Part shown: positions 24,423 through 32,138 of the stretch, one piece after another
How the letters are laid out: every line of letters starts with the position of its first letter
Position numbering within the stretch: position 1 is the first letter of the stretch
DNA from: a virus
Length of the DNA stretch: 44,850 nucleotides
Direction: 5' to 3' (one strand)
IMG/VR virus record: IMGVR_UViG_3300042756_000237
Made by a program: the position numbers and the translations under genes
Notes under the pieces: model-generated
Database searches by the model: none
Seen by the model: the letters and a program-made list of their open reading frames with translations, nothing else
Told to the model about the DNA's origin: nothing

Positions 24423-24555
24423 AATCTGTTAAACTTTTAGGTAATTCCCGTACGTCATTGGTTTGGTTTACGGGAACAAAGCTAGCCTCCCAGTGATTGA
24501 CCCCTAAGTACACAGGGTAAGAGGTCGTAAGTCAACCGCGTAAGAGTTGACAAAT

Positions 24556-24628
24556 GCGTGGATAGCTCAGTTGGTAGAGCGTTGGTTTGAAAAGCCAAAG
24601 AGAGGGTTCGATTCCCTAACTCGCACAC
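24556..24628 (+). tRNA. tRNA-Phe(GAA)-like element with a defective acceptor and T stem (possibly a pseudo-tRNA)
   Basis: Canonical TA-GCTC-AGTTGGTA-GAGC D arm. Anticodon arm ttggt-TTGAAAA-gccaa. T loop GGG-TTCGATT-CCC. Only about 4 of 7 acceptor pairs form and the variable region is short. Confidence 0.55.
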
Positions 24629-24637
24629 CCATAAATA

Positions 24638-24747
24638 GAATGGTTTGATTTGAGTTTTAGCAGGGCATCCAATCGGTTCACGCGAAATAAAACCGATAAT
24701 TATATGGTGGGTTTCGCGCAGGGTTCAAGTTAGTAACAAAACCATTC
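24638..24747 (+). ncRNA. Structured trailer RNA with predicted H-type pseudoknot
   Basis: 9-bp closing helix gaatggttt (24638-46) with aaaccattc (24739-47). Stem atcggtt (24672-78) with aaccgat (24691-97). Its loop cgcgaaa (24681-87) pairs with tttcgcg (24712-18). Confidence 0.4.
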
Positions 24748-24763
24748 GCTTGTAAGTAGAAGA

Positions 24764-24799
24764 AAACCCCGTTCAGAAATGTTCGGGGTTTGTTGTTTA
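24764..24799 (+). terminator. Intrinsic terminator
   Basis: aaaccccg (24764-71) pairs with cggggttt (24784-91), followed by gttgttt. Confidence 0.75.
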
Positions 24800-24847
24800 G
24801 AATCATTATATATTACATCAATCAGCACCACAATTGAAATTTATTGC

Positions 24848-24855
24848 TATATTTG
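24848..24855 (+). promoter_or_regulatory. -7 box TATATTTG for the moron gene
   Basis: Matches TAnnTTTG, 63 nt upstream of the ATG at 24919. Confidence 0.5.
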
Positions 24856-24918
24856 ATGTTCAAATTATTTTTAACTAAAAATCATTTATTATGAAAAAAA
24901 ATTAGTAGATTTATCGCC

Positions 24919-25281
24919 ATGAAACAATTGTTAATTGCATTTCTGTTTTTCGGATTAATTTCGACATTCAGCATCGGACACGCAAATATTCCGGTGGCAC
25001 AGAACAAGGATTTTGTTACGCAGATTGATGACGGTTTGACCGTTGTTGATTTGGTTACTGAAAGCCAATTTGCAAACAATGAAGCGTTGATAACTTCGGA
25101 TAACCGAGCAACTGACTTTGTTGTCATTGAAATTAACCATTTTCCCGACATCAGGAATATGGCGGAACTAAATTACTTACCGGGTACATTCTTACCTATT
25201 TTAAAAGTTCCGTTGACTTCCAGTCTGATCCAATCCAATTATCTAAAGCGACCGGGTTGGTGTAGTTTCGAAACGAATTAA
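24919..25281 (+). CDS. Secreted protein with a signal peptide (moron)
   Basis: The N-terminus MKQLLIAFLFFGLISTFSIGHA is signal-peptide-like. The gene is bracketed by its own promoter and terminator. Confidence 0.7.
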   Translation: MKQLLIAFLFFGLISTFSIGHANIPVAQNKDFVTQIDDGLTVVDLVTESQFANNEALITSDNRATDFVVIEINHFPDIRNMAELNYLPGTFLPILKVPLTSSLIQSNYLKRPGWCSFETN

Positions 25282-25301
25282 TGAATCTTTCCATATTATT
25301 T

Positions 25302-25335
25302 AAAGCGCATCAGTCATCCGGTGCGCTTTTTTTTG
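25302..25335 (+). terminator. Intrinsic terminator
   Basis: aaagcgca (25302-09) pairs with tgcgcttt (25322-29), and the T run extends to 25334. Confidence 0.8.
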
Positions 25336-25382
25336 TTATATTTGTACTTCAATATTAATTTTTATTATATTTGTACTTCAAT
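25336..25382 (+). repeat. Tandem duplication of the 18-nt promoter block TTATATTTGTACTTCAAT (period 29 bp)
   Basis: Copies at 25336-25353 and 25365-25382, each containing TATATTTG. Confidence 0.85.
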
Positions 25383-25468
25383 TCCTCCAACGGAGTTGTT
25401 TTCATAAAGTTGAATTAATGAGGTTAGGTAAGGAATGCGCTGATTTATGTTGGCGCATTTGTTTTTTG
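25381..25468 (+). ncRNA. Candidate sRNA (about 85 nt) between the duplicated promoter and a terminator
   Basis: Closing helix attcct (25381-86) with aggaat (25431-36). Contains TTAGGTAA at 25424. Terminator aatgcgc (25434-40) with gcgcatt (25453-59), followed by tgttttttg. Confidence 0.4.
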
Positions 25469-25470
25469 TT

Positions 25471-25478
25471 TATATTTG
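25471..25478 (+). promoter_or_regulatory. Late-operon -7 box TATATTTG, 4 nt upstream of the ATG at 25483
   Basis: Same block as at 933-947. Confidence 0.5.
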
Positions 25479-25482
25479 CTTT

Positions 25483-25656
25483 ATGAATGACAAGGAATTT
25501 GAACTACTCAAAAAGTACATGAATTATATTGATGAAATAGAAAGCGTCACCTATGTTGATACGTTTGACCGTGACGCTGAAAACAGAATGAAAGAAAAAT
25601 TTACAGAGCATGAAAAAATAGTTTTACAGGAAATATCAAAATCACTTCAACAATGA
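25483..25656 (+). CDS. Hypothetical small protein, first gene of the late operon
   Basis: In-frame ATG of ORF 25447..25656 that lies outside the terminator hairpin. Confidence 0.55.
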   Translation: MNDKEFELLKKYMNYIDEIESVTYVDTFDRDAENRMKEKFTEHEKIVLQEISKSLQQ

Positions 25657-26003
25657 AAACACTCGCAAACACACTTATAATTTTACTTCTTATCGCGATT
25701 TCAATTGTCGGGTTTCAGTTCCTATGGTTGTGGTTTGCTGTAATCGTAACCGTAGAATGTATTCATATCGGTTTTTTAAATCTTTATCCTGACAAAACAA
25801 AGCTTTATACCAAGCTGATTATTTTAGGCATTGCGATTTTCATTGAACGGATTTATTTAATTCCGGATCCGTGGTTGTATTCTCACTCACTTTCTGTAAC
25901 CTATAATTATGAACACGCAAAAACTGATTTGTTCAGGCATTTAGTTGTTGGTAGTGTGTTTTATGGGGTCATGTTTTCGATTGTTTACCTTTTTATTTTG
26001 TAA
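25653..26003 (+). CDS. Integral membrane protein (about 4 TM segments)
   Basis: 116-aa ORF made mostly of hydrophobic segments. Confidence 0.6.
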   Translation: MKTLANTLIILLLIAISIVGFQFLWLWFAVIVTVECIHIGFLNLYPDKTKLYTKLIILGIAIFIERIYLIPDPWLYSHSLSVTYNYEHAKTDLFRHLVVGSVFYGVMFSIVYLFIL

Positions 26004-26599
26004 TGTCCGATCCAAAATATAGAGCGTTTAAAGAAAAACCGGACGGAACTTCAATGCACGCTGGAGGTGGCAATAATGAGCCGAAAACAAAAAATCCTGC
26101 TAAGAAAAAAGCAAAACAAAACCCCGAAAATAAAACTGAGCACAATACAATAATTGAACCCGAACCGATATTGAAATTCCCGTCAGTAGGAAAACCAAGA
26201 ACTGTAAAAACAGTTGAAGATTTAATCTCTTTGATTGATGACTACTTTAAAAACGGTGTTCGAAAAAAAACAGTTATAATAGGCAAAGGAGACGAACAAG
26301 AAACTGTTGATATACCGATGCCAACGATAACGGGTTTATGCATCCATTGTGGATATGAATCACGTCAATCATTCTATGACAACGAAAAAATACCGGAATA
26401 TTCTTACATAATAAAAAAAGCGCGTCTTTTTATCGAATCGCTTTACGAGGAAAGTTTGATACAAGGCAATACAACAGGGGCTATTTTTGCGCTTAAAAAC
26501 ATGGGTTGGATTGATAAAACGGAAATAGCAAGCACTAATCACAACATCAATACCGAACGAATCCCTATAACATTCAAAGACCCTCACGGTGGCGATTGA
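26003..26599 (+). CDS. terS: Terminase small subunit
   Basis: ITGLCIHCGYESRQSFYDNEK...GAIFALKNMGWIDK matches the Terminase_2-type pattern. Lies directly upstream of terL. Confidence 0.75.
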   Translation: MSDPKYRAFKEKPDGTSMHAGGGNNEPKTKNPAKKKAKQNPENKTEHNTIIEPEPILKFPSVGKPRTVKTVEDLISLIDDYFKNGVRKKTVIIGKGDEQETVDIPMPTITGLCIHCGYESRQSFYDNEKIPEYSYIIKKARLFIESLYEESLIQGNTTGAIFALKNMGWIDKTEIASTNHNINTERIPITFKDPHGGD

Positions 26600-28034
26600 G
26601 TTTACAAAGAAGTATGAACCTCTTTTTCATCTACTTCATGCTTGGGAAAAGATTGAGCATTTTTCAAACATTGGATTAAATGATGATGAACAATCGGAGT
26701 TAAAACTTTTAATTGAACATGACAAGATAAACGACCCTCCGACTTGTGAGCAGCAAATTAACGATCTTCAATTCAAAGGACTTTCGGAAAACCAATCAAA
26801 AAACCTAAACTACTATTTATCGCTTTCAAAAGTCGATACTGTTTTAATTGGTGGAGGTAGAGAATCCGGTAAAACATTCGGGCTTTCGAGTATGAATGTA
26901 GTTGCAGCACGAGATTTTAACCATAGAATCTTATTTACAAGGCAAGTAATGAGTACTACCGATAGTTCCATTAAATCTGCCTTGGTGAACCGAATGAATG
27001 AATTAGGTGTTTCTAATGATTTTGATTTTGCAAACAATGAGTTCGCGGTAAAAGCACCCGATGCAAAAGGACTTATCACAATTACAGGGCAACAAACGGC
27101 ATCTTTAGGCCAAACAGCTAAATTAAAATCACTTGAAAATTATTCCATATTTGAAACAGACGAGGGCGAGGAATTAAAATCTTATGAGGAATGGGTAAAG
27201 ATTAAGCGATCAATGAGAGCTAAAGATGTGCAATGTTTGGCTATTATCGCATTTAATCCACCAAGCCGTTTACATTGGATGTACGACAAGTTTTACAAAG
27301 GTGTGCCGGATGATTTTAACGGAGTGATTGATAATGTGATGTACATTCATACGACCTATTTAGATAACGGTAAAAAAAATGTTGCACCTCAAAACTGGGC
27401 AGAGTTTGAGAAACTAAGGTTGAATTATGAGATTTACGAGGCGACAAGCAAAGACTACATAGATAAATTAGACAAGCAAATAGTTAAGGATTGGGCAATT
27501 TATAAATACGATATTTTAGGATTTTTCAAACCAAAACAAGAGGGCGTTATTTATCCGGATTGGAGGTTTGGTGAGTTTGACGCATCATTACCATATCGCT
27601 ACGGTCAAGACTTTGGAAGCAGCGATCAGGATGCAACCGTAAAAGTAGCCGTTGACCACGGAAGAAAACTAATTTATTTGCATGAAATTTTATTTCAAAA
27701 CGGACTTTCAACAGGCGCACTTTGTCAAATTTTAATGGAGCGCGTAGGCAGATATGATGTGATAGTTGGTGATTCAAACTCAAAACGAACGATTGAAGAT
27801 TTACAAGAATACGGCTTAAACTCTATAAAATGCCGAAAATATCCCGGCTCTGTTTTAGCAGATATAAAACTTTTACAAGGCTACACTATTATCATTACCA
27901 AAGAAAGTGTAAATTTGCGAGAGGCACTCGATAATTATTGTTGGATGGATGGAAAAAAAGACGTACCAAATCATAAATTCTCGCATCTTCCGGACGCGTT
28001 TAGATATGGGGCGATTAGTTTGATTAAAGATTAG
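26589..28034 (+). CDS. terL: Terminase large subunit
   Basis: Walker A GGGRESGKTF and a PBSX-type layout. GTG start overlaps the end of terS. Confidence 0.85.
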   Translation: MAIEFTKKYEPLFHLLHAWEKIEHFSNIGLNDDEQSELKLLIEHDKINDPPTCEQQINDLQFKGLSENQSKNLNYYLSLSKVDTVLIGGGRESGKTFGLSSMNVVAARDFNHRILFTRQVMSTTDSSIKSALVNRMNELGVSNDFDFANNEFAVKAPDAKGLITITGQQTASLGQTAKLKSLENYSIFETDEGEELKSYEEWVKIKRSMRAKDVQCLAIIAFNPPSRLHWMYDKFYKGVPDDFNGVIDNVMYIHTTYLDNGKKNVAPQNWAEFEKLRLNYEIYEATSKDYIDKLDKQIVKDWAIYKYDILGFFKPKQEGVIYPDWRFGEFDASLPYRYGQDFGSSDQDATVKVAVDHGRKLIYLHEILFQNGLSTGALCQILMERVGRYDVIVGDSNSKRTIEDLQEYGLNSIKCRKYPGSVLADIKLLQGYTIIITKESVNLREALDNYCWMDGKKDVPNHKFSHLPDAFRYGAISLIKD

Positions 28035-28037
28035 AAT

Positions 28038-29672
28038 ATGACACTTACCGAAATAGAAGTTCTTAAATTAGCAAAAAAGCATTCTGAAACAAAAATTGGC
28101 TGGATCACTGACGCGCGAATAAATGCCAAAAAATTAAACGCAATTGTTACGGGTGATGGATTTCTTGATTTATTAATCGAGAAAATCGAACACATCGAAC
28201 ATTCAAAAAGAGCAACAGCAAGGAAAAAGTATTCAAAAGATATTCGGGATGTAGTTGAACGGGTTATTGGTAAGCGTGAAAATGTTTTTCAATCATCTGG
28301 TGGTAGCGAATTAATAATCACAAATAATGAATCTGTAAAAGCTAAATTTGCTGATAAACTCACAAAAATCAAAGGTACAAAATCATTATCCCAATATCTT
28401 GCTGAAAACTATTTCCAACTGCTCGACATCGACCCTAACGGATTGATCATGCTTGAATATAAAATAAAAAACGAGGTCATTGATGTTTACCCCACGTACA
28501 AGTCGATCGATAAAATTAGGCATTACGTGCCGAATGGTCAAAAATTGGAATACGTTGTTTTTGAACCAGTAAAAGACAAAGAACCCAATAGCAATAAATA
28601 TTTTTGGCGAATAGTTGATGATGTGAGTGATTGGACTGTTATTCAAGAAAACAACGTGTTTACAATTGATTCGGAAAAAACATTTGATCACCCATTCAAA
28701 GAAGTTCCGGCAATAATTATTTCACCAATTGAACAACCTGGTATTGAAATCCGATTACCATACATAAACAAAATTATCCCATTACTTGAAGACTATGCCC
28801 GTGACAAGTCGGTGCTTACAATTTACAAATGTTTATCAGGTTTTCCGCGCCCTTGGAGTTACGCTCAAAAATGCCGTGAATGTAACGGAGTTGGTAAAAC
28901 AGGAATGAATGGTGACGCGTGCAAATCGTGTAATAGCACAGGTGTAGCGGCTTCAAAATCCGATGTTACAGACGAAATAGTGCTGCCAATGCCAAAGCAT
29001 ACAGATGATGCTAAAATAGGTAGTGATGTAGCCGGATTTATTGCGCCTGAACTCGAAACATGGACGCAGTACGAAAAATCACTTGACCGCACCGAGTCCC
29101 AAATGAAGCGCACTATTTGGGACGTTGAATCTGTGTCGGGTGAAAATGAAACGGCAACCGGAAAGTTTATTGATACACAACCAATAATCAATAAGCTAAA
29201 TACAATGGCTGATTCCGTTCAATGGGTACACAATCAGCTGGGCAATTGGGTCTTGTTGCTTTTCGACAAGACAAGCACGAGCAAGTATGTTAAAACATAC
29301 GGACGAAGGTATATCATTGAATCTTATGACGCTGTTCAGGAGCGATATATTAAGTCAAAGGAGGCTGGCGTTTCTACCTCTGTTTTAGATGAAATGCTTG
29401 AAGAAGTGGTGCTGACCAAATACAAATCGGACGTTATCATGCAGCAGCAAATGATAAAAAAAGTCAAAATAGAACCATTCGTTCATTTTACAATTGATGA
29501 AGTTTCGATGTTGTTTGGCAATCAAAAAGCGGCCGAAAAAATTCTTTTTGCTGAATGGTGGAAAACAGTTGACGGAACAAAAGAAATCGATGTTTTAAAA
29601 GCGGATTTTCAAAATTATTTTTCGATAAATAAGCCGGAGAAAATCGAAAAAACAAGTAACCAATTAAATTAA
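28038..29672 (+). CDS. Portal protein (positional call)
   Basis: 544-aa ORF starting 4 nt after terL. Confidence 0.6.
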   Translation: MTLTEIEVLKLAKKHSETKIGWITDARINAKKLNAIVTGDGFLDLLIEKIEHIEHSKRATARKKYSKDIRDVVERVIGKRENVFQSSGGSELIITNNESVKAKFADKLTKIKGTKSLSQYLAENYFQLLDIDPNGLIMLEYKIKNEVIDVYPTYKSIDKIRHYVPNGQKLEYVVFEPVKDKEPNSNKYFWRIVDDVSDWTVIQENNVFTIDSEKTFDHPFKEVPAIIISPIEQPGIEIRLPYINKIIPLLEDYARDKSVLTIYKCLSGFPRPWSYAQKCRECNGVGKTGMNGDACKSCNSTGVAASKSDVTDEIVLPMPKHTDDAKIGSDVAGFIAPELETWTQYEKSLDRTESQMKRTIWDVESVSGENETATGKFIDTQPIINKLNTMADSVQWVHNQLGNWVLLLFDKTSTSKYVKTYGRRYIIESYDAVQERYIKSKEAGVSTSVLDEMLEEVVLTKYKSDVIMQQQMIKKVKIEPFVHFTIDEVSMLFGNQKAAEKILFAEWWKTVDGTKEIDVLKADFQNYFSINKPEKIEKTSNQLN

Positions 29673-29679
29673 ACATAAA

Positions 29680-30066
29680 ATGAGTGCATTACACACCCAA
29701 GTGATTTGTGACAGGGTTAAATACTCTAAAACAAATGGAGAAATCAACGAAAAAGTTTTTGAGGTAATCGAAAAAGGTTTAACATTCGACAAGGACAGAA
29801 TGGAGGACTACAACGAACGAAGAAAAGGCTCTGGCAGTTTGTTTCGTTTAGTGATTAATGAAAAGCTAAACGATGAATTTCAGGCTAAAAAATTAGCAAA
29901 AGAAAACGGAGAGCAAACCGATGAATTGAACGAAAAAACGCTTTCAAAAATGAACGTGGGCGAATTGAAAGAAATCGCCTTCAAAAGACAAATCGAAGTT
30001 GCCGGGCTAAATAAGTCTGAAATTGTTGCCGAAATTTTAAAATCAATTGAATTAGAAAAACAATAA
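29680..30066 (+). CDS. Hypothetical protein with a C-terminal SAP/Rho-N-like motif
   Basis: The segment MNVGELKEIAFKRQIEVAGLNKSEIVAEIL. Confidence 0.55.
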   Translation: MSALHTQVICDRVKYSKTNGEINEKVFEVIEKGLTFDKDRMEDYNERRKGSGSLFRLVINEKLNDEFQAKKLAKENGEQTDELNEKTLSKMNVGELKEIAFKRQIEVAGLNKSEIVAEILKSIELEKQ

Positions 30067-30069
30067 TTT

Positions 30070-30900
30070 ATGTCAGAAATAGTTAAAATAACCATTGCCG
30101 GAAAAGAATTTGAGGTTCAAAAAGACTTGGTAAGTCAAGCAATGGAAAAAAACGAACCAATCTCAATCGTTGATGAAAATTTAGTAATCAACACTAAAGC
30201 TGAAATTGCCACTCGCGAAACGAATTTAAAAGAAATTCACGAAAAAGTAGGGGCTGATTTCGCGGTTAAAAAAGCAGCCGAAAAACTAAAGATTGACATC
30301 ACAGAGTTAAGTGAAAAATCAGTAAGCGCACTTGTTGAAGTGGCTACAAAAAAAGCCTTGGAATCCGCTAAAATAGAGCCGGACAAAAAAGTATTGGAGT
30401 TAACAAACGACATTAAAACATTGCAAAGCACTATTTCAGGGCTTGAAACGGAAAAAAACACGCTTTCAGGACAGCTAGTTGAGTTCAAGCAAAACACAAT
30501 TAGAAAAGGCGAGTATGAAAGGGCTATACCTGAAAACCTTGCAATCCCTAAGCAAGACATGATTACAATCCTTGAAGCACGAATAAAAACAACGCTTGAT
30601 GATTCAGGGCGTTTAGTTGTGTTGGGTGAAGACGGTCAGGTGATGAAGAACCCAACCACATTAGACCCGTTACCACTTTCGGATGTAACAAAAGATTTTT
30701 TTGCCAAAAACCAGCACTTCCTAAAGGGTGCTTCGGGCGGTAATGGTGGAGGCGACGATACAACACCTGCTGGAGGTAAAAAACCACTATCCCAATACGT
30801 AGCAGAAAAACAAGCTGCCGGGGTTCAAACCACAGGACAGGCTTTTGCTAAAGAATGCCAGGATTTAGCCAATGAGGGCAAATTGGATTTGAACGCATAA
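30070..30900 (+). CDS. Scaffolding protein (positional and compositional call)
   Basis: 276-aa helical, coiled-coil-like ORF between the portal and capsid genes. Confidence 0.55.
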   Translation: MSEIVKITIAGKEFEVQKDLVSQAMEKNEPISIVDENLVINTKAEIATRETNLKEIHEKVGADFAVKKAAEKLKIDITELSEKSVSALVEVATKKALESAKIEPDKKVLELTNDIKTLQSTISGLETEKNTLSGQLVEFKQNTIRKGEYERAIPENLAIPKQDMITILEARIKTTLDDSGRLVVLGEDGQVMKNPTTLDPLPLSDVTKDFFAKNQHFLKGASGGNGGGDDTTPAGGKKPLSQYVAEKQAAGVQTTGQAFAKECQDLANEGKLDLNA

Positions 30901-30928
30901 TAGATAAATTAGTTTCACATTTTGATTC

Positions 30929-30960
30929 AGGGCATTGGAAACGATGCCCTTTTTGTTTTT
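30929..30960 (+). terminator. Intrinsic terminator
   Basis: agggcat (30929-35) pairs with atgccct (30944-50), followed by ttttgttttt. Confidence 0.75.
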
Positions 30961-31011
30961 CTGTGTTTTGTAAAAATTTCACCCTTTTTGTGATTGATTA
31001 AAAAATTGAAT

Positions 31012-31019
31012 TACATTTG
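31012..31019 (+). promoter_or_regulatory. -7 box TACATTTG for the capsid gene
   Basis: TTTG lies 23 bp upstream. An 87-nt leader follows, with the direct repeat AGCGGTGCT at 31029 and 31049. Confidence 0.55.
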
Positions 31020-31106
31020 TAAAACAAAAGCGGTGCTTTTACCTCCGTAGCGGTGCTACAAAACAATCAGAAATTTTATTTTTTTTAATCCTTAAATTTT
31101 TATATC

Positions 31107-32135
31107 ATGGCTATATACAGTAGCACAGGGATGGTAAAGGCGCAAATCATGGTTAATCAGGCTTTCGAGCAAGATAAACGATTTAACACACCCGAAGTGT
31201 GGCTTTTATTCATGCGGTCAAACCCTCAATTTTTTGACCAATACGCCTCTTTACGGATTCGTGACGATAAGGCAGATGAAGCGAACTATTTCAAACGAAC
31301 TTCTCGCGCATTAGGATCATCCAAAACCCACAACCACACAGGAACAGTTGGTGACACGGGTGTTATTACGCTTGATTGGGGTATTTACTCCGATGTGTTT
31401 GCGAAAACACTCATGCAGGCAGATGGAAAAATAATTTCTGCAGAAGACATTATGAACAATGAATTGGTAAACACGTTTATCAACTTCATTGAGCAATTGG
31501 AAGACGAAAGTTCAAGTTATTTGGTTGATAACCGCTCAGGTGTCAATGTTGCCGCGATTAACGGTACTTTTGACGCTACAAATGACGTTTACGAAATCAG
31601 CGCAACAAATTATTTGACCTCCGGAATCCAAATCACGAAAGCTGTGATGTACGCCAATAAGTACGGGAAAGGTATGCCGATGACAATCGTTTGTGACCCT
31701 GTTGCATTCGTTGAGTTTGAAAGACAAGCCAACCAAGGCACGGGCAACTCAGCAAACACATCTTTTCAGTTCTCAAACGTTCGCTTCATCATGGATGTTG
31801 GACTAACTGCAAAAGCAGCCGCAATCGATGTAACCTATACAAAAGGGTTTTGGATTGTTGTTGCAGAGGGCACGATTGGAGCGGCTACATTTATCGAGCC
31901 GAAGTACAAACAAGGGGTTTCAACAACTGTAAATACTTACGGTTCAATTCAGAATCCTATTGACGGATTGCTTTACGGGGTTCATAGCTACGAAACAAGA
32001 GCAGACGGAACAAGTAAAGGTGGTACAACTCAGGACGTAGTAACAGAGGTTCAAATTTACCAAGAAGTTGCGTTTTCTAAAGCACCTCTTTCGGTAGCCG
32101 GAGAAACAACCATTCAGGCATTTACTTTCGTATAA
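31107..32135 (+). CDS. Major capsid protein (positional call)
   Basis: 342-aa ORF after the scaffold gene, with a dedicated promoter. Confidence 0.6.
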   Translation: MAIYSSTGMVKAQIMVNQAFEQDKRFNTPEVWLLFMRSNPQFFDQYASLRIRDDKADEANYFKRTSRALGSSKTHNHTGTVGDTGVITLDWGIYSDVFAKTLMQADGKIISAEDIMNNELVNTFINFIEQLEDESSSYLVDNRSGVNVAAINGTFDATNDVYEISATNYLTSGIQITKAVMYANKYGKGMPMTIVCDPVAFVEFERQANQGTGNSANTSFQFSNVRFIMDVGLTAKAAAIDVTYTKGFWIVVAEGTIGAATFIEPKYKQGVSTTVNTYGSIQNPIDGLLYGVHSYETRADGTSKGGTTQDVVTEVQIYQEVAFSKAPLSVAGETTIQAFTFV

Positions 32136-32138
32136 AGA

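Noticed and set aside
24556-24628. The tRNA-like element as an attP core for integration into a host tRNA-Phe gene
   Set aside because: No integrase or recombinase is recognisable anywhere in the genome. The canonical part is the 5' two-thirds of the tRNA, whereas attP cores normally duplicate the 3' end.
24711-24740. A possible second tRNA suggested by the GGTTCAAGT T-loop-like sequence
   Set aside because: The flanking bases (caggg / tagta) cannot form a T stem, and no D arm or anticodon arm can be placed.
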